From Lingula anatina (Eukaryota > Animalia > Brachiopoda), in the NCBI GenBank assembly GCA_051362555.1, contig CM120640.1:19034001-19098000 (forward strand): a DNA stretch of 64,000 nucleotides, given 5' to 3'. Of this stretch, positions 12,822 through 24,600 are shown piece after piece. The first letter of the stretch is position 1. Each line of letters starts with the position of its first letter. The notes beneath the pieces are model-generated. The model worked only from the letters and a program-made list of their open reading frames with translations, did no database searches and was not told the origin of the DNA. The position numbers were made by a program, and so were the translations under genes.

Positions 12822-14597
12822 GACAGCATTTTAAGTCATATGTATAGAAATCCACCTTTCAATAATAGCAAACATCCATTTAGTTTGCCTTAATCACAAT
12901 TTTCATTAAATCCTAATTTCAGTAAAAAACAAAGCGTACTATTTGTTCGACTATGAAAGCATGCTAAAAAGCAATATACTGATACCTGAAACAAAGTCTG
13001 GATCTATTTCCTTTACAAGATGTTCATAACCAGTTGCTTCTAAAACCTCTAAAAAGTCTCTGTACCAGCCAGGCTTATGACGGTATATTCTGTCTATCAG
13101 CACCATGGACGCTGCTTGGGGGCCATGATTAGTTTCTTCAGCCATAATTTCTTCCTTGTCAACCTGGCTGATAACCCCTTTAGCAAAAAGATTTGGTAGA
13201 ACATCCCTGGGTATTATCTTTTCATAGAGAAGAGGAGTGAATACATTGATGATATGCTTGCAGTTTTCATCTGTCTCTGGCGAATGTGTCAAAGTGTCTT
13301 GCAGTAGGTTGGCCAAGGTGAAAAATTCTACAAATAAAGAAAATAATAAATGGCAGATCAAAGTTAACATTCAAAACATTAAGATTGAAAAACACAAAAC
13401 TGCTATATCCTCACTTTATGCTTAACTTCAAATATGCTGTCATAATCACATTATCCAGGAGATCATGACACAGGGCTTTTCAATTTTAAACTTACATATG
13501 ATTATTAATTTATTGCTGCAGCTATAGTGAGGGAAATCTCAGATATACTGGTGTAAAACAGACCACATTGACCTCTCTTGCAGTTTGGGTTAATTTAATT
13601 CCAGATAGATATATGTGCCTGTACACATCCAAATATGAGTTACTACAGAACATACTTAGTATATTAGGATCTTTCAGTGAAAAATAAAGTTGACGAGGGG
13701 AAACATCTTAAGGCAATCTGTATGGACTGTATGAATCTGTGAACCAATAAATCTTAAAACCATTCAGTGAAATAGAACCATTAGTTAATACTACATGCAG
13801 TGTTTGCCTCTTAGGAAAATTAGTTGCTGGACCGAAAGTTCAGCCATCTTGAAAAGGGGGTCATGTCGATACTCCCCCGCAACAATACTCCCCCTCAGTA
13901 TATCTGTGATTGTGGGGGAGTATTGGTGTGGGGAAGTATTGGTCAGGGATGTATGGGTGCAGGGGAGTAGAGGTGCTGGAGAGTATCAGTGCAGGGATGT
14001 ATAGGGATGTAACCCTTGAAAAGTAGCTGGCTTGAATGTCTAACGGGTGGGAAAACTTCTCAGCCCCGGGCAGATGGTCCAGCCTTAATTTCTAACACCG
14101 ACTACATGTTAATTGCACTACACAGATGTTCCCTCTTTTTCCTCAGTGTGAGGCCTCCAGACAGTAAAGCCTAATACTGAGGCAATGCCCTATCTACCGG
14201 TACATGTACCGGGTAGATACGATACAGTGTAGATAGCACAGTCTGTATAAGTTAAAAATGTGTAATGTAGTCAAGCTATCATAAAACTTTTGGAATTCAT
14301 GATCTGATTTAAATGTGCGTTTGCATTACCCGCTGATTTCAGTGCACCGAGAAATGTTTGAAACCACCCTGGTTCTTTCTCTTCATCCACTGCCTGCAGC
14401 TTTTCGAAAAGCACCGTTACCGCTTTTTGTGTTGAGACGTCCCTTTCTGCTCTCCGGATTTCGTTTAGAGATTCACGGAGGAATGGGAGATAAGGCAAAA
14501 GATGTGACGGGATAAGATTCTTCACAAACGCTGGTTCGAAAACTTGAAGCAGTTCTTTGTGTGAAAACTGTTTATTCTCGTCACCTAACGTCTCCAT
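5642..14597 (-). CDS. DDX58: RIG-I-like receptor A (2xCARD, DExD/H helicase, pincer, CTD), ~1030 aa. Exons 14597-14330, 13327-12986, 12711-12658, 12138-11917, 11754-11662 (tentative), 11457-11300, 11031-10645, 10388-10226, 10058-9963, 9799-9636, 9295-9160, 8545-8306, 7349-7182, 6243-5642
   Basis: All exons are GT-AG with compatible phases (sum 3093 nt). Motifs: Q-motif LRNYQKELA, Walker [46 protein letters not shown]. The CTD has the CLKC...CKKC zinc site, DWGI and KKWKSVPF. Two N-terminal CARD-type exons ([22 protein letters not shown]). The symbol indicates family (RIG-I/DDX58-like); one-to-one orthology is not established. Confidence 0.92.
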
Positions 14598-14655
14598 TCT
14601 TACGATGGAAAATGACGTGTAGCACCAAAATGCCAAACTTTCGATCTTCTCAAAA

Positions 14656-14730
14656 GGGGATTCCCCGCCACATGATCAAAAGTAACCAATGAACCTGCGT
14701 GTGGAAAGGGGGCGGAAAGTAAGGAAGTTT
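14656..14730 (-). promoter_or_regulatory. RLR-A proximal promoter: palindromic NF-kB site GGGGATTCCCC (14656-14666), CCAAT box, GC box, GAAA half-sites
   Basis: Motifs read directly ~60-130 bp upstream of the ATG and retained upstream of RLR-B (42123-42190). Confidence 0.6.
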
Positions 14731-15033
14731 TCAGTGCTATTTTTGGCATAAATTTGATTAGCACGAAAATTCATGCGATATAGCACTCCCATGAAAGATT
14801 TTAGTTTTGATAGGTTTTATTTCTGATACAACAGATACATCTAACAAAACATGTAAGACATACCAGAAACCACGAATAAGATTTCTAACGCATGAGTTTT
14901 TGTGCAACAAATACATATGTAGATTGATCTTGCTGAAGACTTGAGTATGTTTGGTATATCATGGTATATGTACAGTAGTACGCGTGCGCATGTATATTTT
15001 GGAACATATCTGCATTGTGCATGCATATAAATC

Positions 15034-15060
15034 GAAAGTGAAACTTTATAGGGAATTTTA
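15034..15060. promoter_or_regulatory. IRF-E/ISRE (GAAAGTGAAAC) with adjacent kB-like GGGAATTTT
   Basis: Matches the IRF consensus GAAANNGAAA, ~440 bp upstream of the RLR-A ATG. Confidence 0.6.
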
Positions 15061-15099
15061 ATCTTAAAAAATCATTTTGCCAATGATATCATTACAAAA

Positions 15100-17895
15100 T
15101 GACTTTTAAAAGTACACATGTATCTCGAGGGTGACAGCAGTGCCAGACTTAGCATGGGCTAACCAAATATTTTATAAAGATCTACAAACTTCTTAATCAT
15201 GGGGGGGGGGGGGGGCAGCAGGAATAAACCTATAACAGGAGACGATTTATTACAAAAAGTTATAAAGGTCGCTATCAACTTATAAACAGATTAAGTTTTT
15301 TTTTTCAGTTGATGCCAGTTACCAGACAACAATACCAATAAGTGCCCATATACATCAACCTCAATAACAAGTGTAGTAAGGTTCACATTTGGCATATAAC
15401 TATGCATCTTTTTTATCTCATAAGTTGTGTTACAGACAAAAATCAATCTTTGAGAAAAGGATTATCACAATTAATTTCATTGGGTCTGTGAGACTTGTTT
15501 TATTGAGGAGACATGCATACAGACATCCACACCCTTTTTCCAGATTTGAAAACTTGAAAATGACAGTAGACAATTTGATCCACAAATTTATTGTCTATAG
15601 TATTTACAGGTACAAGTCCAGTATTTAAGCCATTCTTGTTTGGACATCACATATCATAATGCAAACATGGACATTTAATTACTAACTTTTATTAGGACTA
15701 AATTTCAAAGTCAAAATCTTTCCAAATTTGTATCCACCCTTATAAGTAATGTATCTTCACCATCATGATGCAGATGGACTATTTTAGGTTTACAATTAAT
15801 TTAGAGCCCACACAACTGTTCCATATAAGAAAAGATTGGTCAGAAATTCTTACTGAAAGGAAATTTTTTGCGTTTTACAAAATGTGTTTATTGCACTTCA
15901 TATAATAAACAAAATTTCTGACATATTAAAGGAAAGCATTGGCATTTCAAAATATGTAATATTTGTCACATTATTCTTATTGAATGATAACCTATGAAAT
16001 ATCTATTAGAAAATCATTTGGTTTTGTTTCTTTCTCTCTTCAGGTAGCCAAGCAGCTGAAAAGCAACCACATTTTATTTCACGTCTTTATATACATTTTT
16101 AACATCTGCTAGACAAAACAAAAACATGACACTGACTGCATACACTGCTACACACTGTCTCATTCTCTTTCCTTCTCATAAATTTTAGCTGTTTTGTAAC
16201 CATGCATATGGTAGACACATAACTGAACCTTGTTACTGGTTGAATTAACTACCCCCCACTTTTACACCCCCTCCCCTAAATAACTATTAACACAATACAT
16301 AAAGAAAGACGTGTTCTTTATAACTACTGACTATATACTGCAGTGATTTCAGTCAATGATGTACACTATGTGTAGGTTAAAGTTAGATTTCCCTTTACAA
16401 TACATGTACCGGGGGTATATTCCCCTGCAATCATTCACTTGAAAACAGGTGCTCTTTTCAACATAAAGTATGTCAATGTTGTGTAGTGTGTTCCTCAACT
16501 TAGAACATGCAATTTTGATTAACTTCTTTGAGCGTCTGGGATAATACTTCGCTAAGGTTTTCTGAGGGATTTTCTTCAACATTTCTTTTAATTGGGAAGA
16601 TTCACAACAGCTGCCATCCTATGTCCAATGACTCAAAAATGGTTCAATTCTCATAATTACCTGAAAACAAGGCTTGATTTAAATAACAATAAATAACATC
16701 TGTGTCTGTACATAAAAATGCTTCAATTAACCAAATTAAACAGATCTTGGTAAGGAAGTCTGCAACCCAGAACATCAATGAATGAAACAATTCTTAAAGA
16801 AAAAAATCCATACTTTCACTTTTTGCAATGTTTATACACAGTTGTATTTATTTTCAACCCTTAGTTTCGTATTGTTCCCCTCAATACCTTTACTGAATAA
16901 TATCATGAAAATATCTCATAATAAAAGGTCCAAAGAATGGAAAAATGCATCATACAAGTCATTTCAGATGTCCTCCCACAGGCCAGTATTCACCTGTCTG
17001 TTCTGCTGTTTACATATATACCTGGCTCTTGGTGATGTAACGAGTCAAACTGAGGATGGGTTGAGTAATATCTGGAAAAATAAAAAAAAGATTTGGACCA
17101 CACAAATGAGATCATAAAGCAAGCACACTTTCAACATATTCAGCTCCCATCTAAGTTTCTTTACATACAGTTACAACTATTAGTTATTGATCTGTAATAT
17201 TTTGGTGTTTGTGTAGTAACCTTTTGCAGAGAATGTGGGTAGCCTCATAGAAAATACAACACAGTAACTAATTTTACCACAACTGATGAAAATATTTACA
17301 AAATGAACTATTACTTTTTTATAATTTGTACTCAAATTCTCCAGTCATCCTCTGGAGAGAAATATGTTGTGTGGTACTTCTGTCTTTCAGCCTCTCCCAG
17401 CTCTTATTCTTGCCATCACTAGGCATATTTGATTAATGGAACCATCAGGTCCTTCCACGTAACCAGCTCTCTCTCACAGATGTTGGCCAAACCTGTGTAC
17501 ATGTAACCTCGGAAACCACAACATCCTGGGTCTTCCCCTTGGGCAGCAGACACCTATAAAACAAAAATAACTAAATATACTTTCTTTTATATATAAAAGA
17601 TCAAAATAACACCTTTTACAAGTTCAGGGACCTTGTGGTGTGGCAGAGGGAATTTGAAAACCAGAAAAAGAAAAAAAAGACTGATTCAATATACAAGACT
17701 GAAGGCTCAGAACTAATATTTTTGTTGAGCGTACAATTTATTCAAAAATTATTTCTCTATAAGAATTATGTACACAATACGATTTTCAGCTAAGCTCTAA
17801 ACACTTCTTACCTCCCTCAAAGCCTAGATACAAGAACTTGATCATATCTGTCAAAATGACTTCTACACCTTTCTCACATTGGTAAGACAATTAAG
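15100..17895 (-). pseudogene. Duplicated, decayed 3' part of V-ATPase subunit B: 3'UTR plus remnants of exons 14 (~16520-16660), 11 (16994-17071), 10 (~17410-17553) and part of 9 (17811-17890)
   Basis: Colinear with 45640-49330. The exon-14 copy has two CGA>TGA stops and an insertion. Exons 12-13 are missing, and there are no 5' exons or promoter. Confidence 0.9.
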
Positions 17896-18692
17896 AAGCT
17901 TCTTTTTCTCTTGTCTAATGTCATACACAGTTCAAATTCAGGCATGTAATACTGGCTGTTCTTGGATCCAAAGCAATTTACAGAATTTAAATTTTCACAA
18001 CACAAAATACATGTATGTGTTATTCATTAAGTCTTAACCTTATTTGCATTGTATATAATTATTCTGAAAGTCAGTCAAGCTTTCTGTCTATTCACCAGCC
18101 ATTGGTCAGGACTTTCAATGTCCATTATATGTCACTACGGATACTGGTGAGAAATGTGAAGGTCGGTGAACCAAGGCCTCCCTTACCTCTCATGAGAATT
18201 ATTCTAACAAATTGTCCCACATCTTCAGCAAGGTTAACCTAGCTTCCATCATCCCTGTTAAATAAGTGGGACAATTGTCTTTGATTGTATTCATTGACTA
18301 AATTGTAAAATTCAATTTTGAAAAATTTATAGATCTTTTTGTGAAACAAATATACTACTGCAGCAGTGATTATGTACCGATACAGTCAGCACAAATGTCA
18401 GTTTATCTGTTGGTGTATTATGAGTTATCATGGACTACATTTGCATGCATTGATCATTTTCATATTGAAAGAAAGTTACTGTCCCAATTTCCTTCTTTGC
18501 CAGTTGGTAATATTAATTAGCCTGAGTATCACAGATGACACAGATCGGATTTTTCATTTTTACATTTTAATAAGTGTACACACATGTGGGTTTAATAATG
18601 AAGAATTGTTAAGTGACATCCATCAGAACCGAAGCTCATAATAAATTTGGTCAGTATGTATTGTTTTAACAAAAAAGCTACCAACTAGGTAT

Positions 18693-21600
18693 CTACTGCC
18701 TGGCTGCAATCTTCTTCCAGTCCTCAGAAGTGAATTTCCGCACTTTAAATGGAACATCCTTCCACTTATTTTCCATTTTTATGTCTCCATTCTTATCCTC
18801 CAGCAAGAAACTTTCTAGTTTCAGAACTGGAAATGCCATACGTTTGTACAAACACTGAATTCCCCAAGCACTGTCACATTTTGTGCAGTGCAGTTTGCCG
18901 GTTTTTTCCATATTCCCATATCTCTGGCTATTTGGGTGAGGCTTGACTTCCACTCTTGTCATAAATTGTTCATCAACCACTACATGATTGGATTTTTCAA
19001 TGACACGGATATCAGAAGATAAACATGCAAAGACATCACACTTCAAACATCGGAGCTCATGTTCATCTTCTGCTGCTGCTCTTCTCTGAGCAGTTTTCCG
19101 CATCATACGCTCATCTTTTACTTCTTCCTGAAGCCTGCAGATCTTGTCTTTGAACTCCTGAGGACTCATTTGTTTGACTGCACGAATAGCTTTCTTCATC
19201 ATTGATTCCCTAATAACATTCAATTCTTCTTTTTCAGCAGTGCCCTTCCCGCCTGCTATGAGAACATACTGGCTATCTTCTGCTCTTCCTCGGCCTACAA
19301 TTGTCAGTATGTACAACTTAAGTAATAACTGTTCAATAAGGCTACCATAGTTGAGACTGATAGAGATAAACTGTGGTAACTATATTTTTAATGAAGTTTT
19401 TTAAACAATTGGTAAAGAAAATAGGAACTATTCAGATCTAAAGAAGTAATGGCACTCATATCAGGCAATGCATGGAATTAAAGGTTGTACTATTTCTTAA
19501 TATCATATACCAAACATAAAATTTGCACATCACATTTATATGTATTAGATTTTCAGAACCAGCAGACAAAGAACAATTTTCTCTGCATAAAGATGTTGCC
19601 CTTGAGGTTGAATTTGTGTCAACTACATTGATTTAGAAGAATTTCACTGCAAAAAAGTTTTGAAATATAACCTACCCCTTGCCTGCACCATGGCTATTTC
19701 ATTGGTGACATAGTCGTATCTGATAACCAAGTTACACTGCTTGATGTCTAAACCTTCTTCAGCCACACTTGTTGCTATGAGAAGTTTTACTTTTCCACCT
19801 TTAAAGTAGCTTAAGACGTCCACTTGTTGGCTTGAAGTCATTCCTAGAATACACAAATTTGTCTGTTAAATGACTTTTTTCATAAAACAATCTAATGAAG
19901 TATGTACAATGAGTATGTTCAATACATGTAACATTTGAGAGCATTTTTTTTAAATAATGTGTCTCCTTTTGGGGGAGGGGGGGGGAGAAAGGAAGGATAT
20001 TCATATGTTAAAGGCAAGGCATGTGATAGTTATGACACCCCTCCCTTGGGATCCATCTTCACCATTGATAATTTTCTTACCTTTTTTATCAACTGCTGCA
20101 TTTGTTCCTACTAAGCGGAACAAATGCAGCAAAATGTGACAGTGCAGTTTGCCGGTTTTTTCCATATTCCCATATCTCTGGCTATTTGGGTGAGGCTTGA
20201 CTTCCACTCTTGTCATAAATTGTTCATCAACCACTACATGATTGGATTTTTCAATGACACGGATATCAGAAGATAAACATGCAAAGACATCACACTTCAA
20301 ACATCGGAGCTCATGTTCATCTTCTGCTGCTGCTCTTCTCTGAGCAGTTTTCCGCATCATACGCTCATCTTTTACTTCTTCCTGAAGCCTGCAGATCTTG
20401 TCTTTGAACTCCTGAGGACTCATTTGTTTGACTGCACGAATAGCTTTCTTCATCATTGATTCCCTAATAACATTCAATTCTTCTTTTTCAGCAGTGCCCT
20501 TCCCGCCTGCTATGAGAACATACTGGCTATCTTCTGCTCTTCCTCGGCCTACAATTGTCAGTATGTACAACTTAAGTAATAACTGTTCAATAAGGCTACC
20601 ATAGTTGAGACTGATAGAGATAAACTGTGGTAACTATATTTTTAATGAAGTTTTTTAAACAATTGGTAAAGAAAATAGGAACTATTCAGATCTAAAGAAG
20701 TAATGGCACTCATATCAGGCAATGCATGGAATTAAAGGTTGTACTATTTCTTAATATCATATACCAAACATAAAATTTGCACATCACATTTATATGTATT
20801 AGATTTTCAGAACCAGCAGACAAAGAACAATTTTCTCTGCATAAAGATGTTGCCCTTGAGGTTGAATTTGTGTCAACTACATTGATTTAGAAGAATTTCA
20901 CTGCAAAAAAGTTTTGAAATATAACCTACCCCTTGCCTGCACCATGGCTATTTCATTGGTGACATAGTCGTATCTGATAACCAAGTTACACTGCTTGATG
21001 TCTAAACCTTCTTCAGCCACACTTGTTGCTATGAGAAGTTTTACTTTTCCACCTTTAAAGTAGCTTAAGACGTCCACTTGTTGGCTTGAAGTCATTCCTA
21101 GAATACACAAATTTGTCTGTTAAATGACTTTTTTCATAAAACAATCTAATGAAGTATGTACAATGAGTATGTTCAATACATGTAACATTTGAGAGCATTT
21201 TTTTTAAATAATGTGTCTCCTTTTGGGGGAGGGGGGGGGAGAAAGGAAGGATATTCATATGTTAAAGGCAAGGCATGTGATAGTTATGACACCCCTCCCT
21301 TGGGATCCATCTTCACCATTGATAATTTTCTTACCTTTTTTATCAACTGCTGCATTTGTTCCTACTAAGCATTTAGGGTTCAATGCTTTCAGACTTTCTG
21401 TTTCTAACATCCAGTTTTTTAAGGTTTCAGTAAGTGCTCGTGTCTTACAGAACACTATACCCCTGGAGTCTGGTTTTTCTTCATATGCTTTACGGAGCAT
21501 ATCCTCAAGTTTCACAAGTTTGGGATTTTTGAAAGTATCATTTGCAGCAAATTCACTGATGGTTGGCTCCTTTTCTGCAACAGTCAGAAAATTATGTAAG

Positions 21601-24600
21601 AAAAATTCTTCTTAATACTATTCAATTTACTACTTCACATTTGTAAAATAAGCAAATCAATAATAAGCACCAAAGAAATACATAGGCTGAAATAACATTT
21701 AAAAAAAGTAAATCAAATGAGATGAGAAGTAACAATTTACATAAGGCTCATTTCTAAAAATGGTATGTATTACAATACACTGCATGAAGTAAGGCTTAGA
21801 CTACTCATGTAGTGTAGCGATCGAGTTATGGTAACCCCACCACATAATATGAACATTTGTTTTTCTGCATTCAATGTAATGACACAAGATTGGTGTTCAC
21901 AGTCTATGCTTTAATTGCTGGGACATTTGTTTTTTCTTCATAATGCTGCTGCTACAGATAATTACTTTGACTTGCAGTTGACATTCATGTACAGAAGATA
22001 TTTTGAAAACTTTGTAAATAGAATAATGAACAATTTATCAATAATGGTTTGTCTTTGATCTTTATCAGGGTAAGTGACTTAATATAGACTGATATTTTTC
22101 ACATATATTTTTACTTGAAAGGGTCCTCAGGTAATATCAAACAATTACCTTGAAATAACTGCTGAAGCCAGTTATCAATATCTAAATTTCTATGGGTGGA
22201 TCTCTTTGAATTTTCGCTTCTGATGTAATCAAGTGCATCTATTGTTCTGCTGTCTTCATTTATCAATAGGGCCTCATGATATGTCTGAAATCAAAGATCA
22301 ATGAAAAAATGCCTAAGTATGTATTGCCTCTGAAATAAAACCTAATACACACCTAGAGACATATGATTTGGTTTCAGGGATGTTTTTCAGTGAGATGCAA
22401 GTTCTTTCTCTCAGTATGAATGTCGAGTAATATATTGCCACCCTCTCTTGATATATGCCTTAATTGACGTCTCTCAATAATGCTCAAGATCTTCTGGCAT
22501 GTATCACTCAGGGGGATAGTGTATTATCTCACACATGAAACTTACTTGGGCCATTTTACATGTATCATTTTTTTTACCATTACCATTAAAACTAAAAAGT
22601 GATAGACTTCTAGTGTTAGTCAGTGGTAAAGTGCACAGTTATTTGCAATTTCAGGACTCGACTCTAACTTTTATGACCAGGTGGTCAAAAATTTGACCTG
22701 CCCAACTTAGAATCCAACCTGTCCAACAAAATCGATAATTTTTCCATTCATACTGTCTCTCTTCTGTAAACTTTGTAAATTAATATGTGTAATCAAGAAT
22801 GGATAAATTACCAAGATGTTCCATCTGGGCCCGGAAAATGCACCCTAATAAAGTGGGTTTATTCTCAGATGAAAAGTTTGTTTTCCACACCAGTAAACTC
22901 CTGAAGATTTAATCTTCCACAGAAGTGTGGTTTTACATTGTTTTAATCATAAAACAGCATAAAATTGACATTTGAAAACAACTTTAAAACACAACTTCCA
23001 ACTTTCTGAAAAGTGCACTTGAGCAATGCAGTGACCTTGCAAGCTATAAAAATGATCACCTCAGCTTACAGTATGATGTCACTCAATCGATAATGCTGTG
23101 AGCATGTGCTTTGAAGTGAAAGCACAGTATCTATTTATAGCACCTGTAACTGGCTGGCACTATTCATATACAAATGGCAGCCCAAGGAGACATTAGCATA
23201 TAATGAAAATTATTTGTTTTCAAAATTTCTGTTCTCAAATACTATGATTTGTCAGTCAGACAGCCCACCCTGCAACTTCACCTATCTAAACTGAATTCCT
23301 ATCTATCTGGGACAGGCAGAAAGGCAACATGCAGTGTCGAGCCCTGGATCTTAATTTAATCTGATTTTAAACAAAGAAAAGTTATATTTTATTTCTAAAA
23401 CATGGTTTTGCTAGTAATCTAATTCAATATTTTCAAAATGAAAATTTAACTACCAGCATTTATTTTAATTTCACCTAAATTTCATTAAAAAAAGAAATCA
23501 TGTATTAGTGGATGTTAATTTATTACTATTCTGAACAGTTAACCAATACTAGTACCAAAAGATTTGTCCAGCATGCAAAACAACTCCACCGTATTTTCTG
23601 CTCATCAATAACTGCAATTTTTTTCTTCAGTGAATGGACCCACTGAGTATAGGGGCCTTTTCCTTTATCAGCAGGGGGATCTAAATCTGTTGCACTTCTC
23701 TCTTTCAGTTGATGCTGACCTAAAATGTTGATGCTGGATTTTTTAAGCAACAATATAGGAGAAAAATTTACATCACGTCACTACATTTTAATGCAAATGC
23801 TGTTATACTTTTGTTAATGTACTGCCTGCAATCTTTAATTCAAATGGTCTTAAAATGTATAAAGCTGTACTGCAACTTACCATGCAGATCCTTAATTTTA
23901 TTTTCAATTTCTTCCATTATTCCAGTTATGGTATCTTTGAAAGGATCCATGGCTCTTTCACCAACAGGAACAATATCTGTGAAATGTAACAAAACAGTAT
24001 TCGTTTTTTAAATTCCTCACCAATATATAAAACATCAGTGCTTTTGAATGAGATAAAATAATTAATTTTAGTAGTTTACTAGTTTACATGTAAGCACCAG
24101 GATTTATTCATTTGAATTTTTTTAAATTCTCAATAATACATTGTATATAGATGACTGAATGTCTTAAGTCATCTACTAGAATTAGACTGCATTCCCACAT
24201 ATATTTCATTTGATCTATCCCCCTGGGGAGTCTCACTAGATTGCTGTCGGCTTAGCCAGCTTAAATGTCTGCCTCGCCTATTAAAAGCTGTAAGGGGGTA
24301 ATTAACTTTCATGCACGCTTGGCTGACAGCAATTTAGCATGAACCCCCAGGGAGTTAGATTGATCCAGATGGATCAATCTAAATCTGTGGGAATGCAGTC
24401 TTAGAATGAGAATTAACTCTGTATAACTCTGATACTGGAACCAAAATTAGTAATTAACTAAAGTTGCAGCCTCAACCTAAGACCTTTCACTAGGTAAGTG
24501 ACCTGGATGGACTGGTCACCTGAACTGTTGTCATATGGCTAGGAATAATCACAAGCAGATCAGTTATCCATGAAAGGGAACAAAAACTATCTGCAACACA

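Noticed and set aside
13466-14230. Possible MITEs and a short palindrome (TATCTACCGGTACATGTACCGGGTAGATA) in RLR-A intron 1
   Set aside because: Termini and TSDs could not be resolved, so there is not enough evidence to call elements or function
14330-14597. Positive selection between A CARD1 and B CARD1a
   Set aside because: A manual count gives about 8 nonsynonymous versus 4 synonymous nucleotide differences; this is too few and does not indicate dN/dS above 1
18105-18260. GC-richer segment downstream of RLR-B that looks like an exon remnant
   Set aside because: Multiple stops in candidate frames and no family I can recognise
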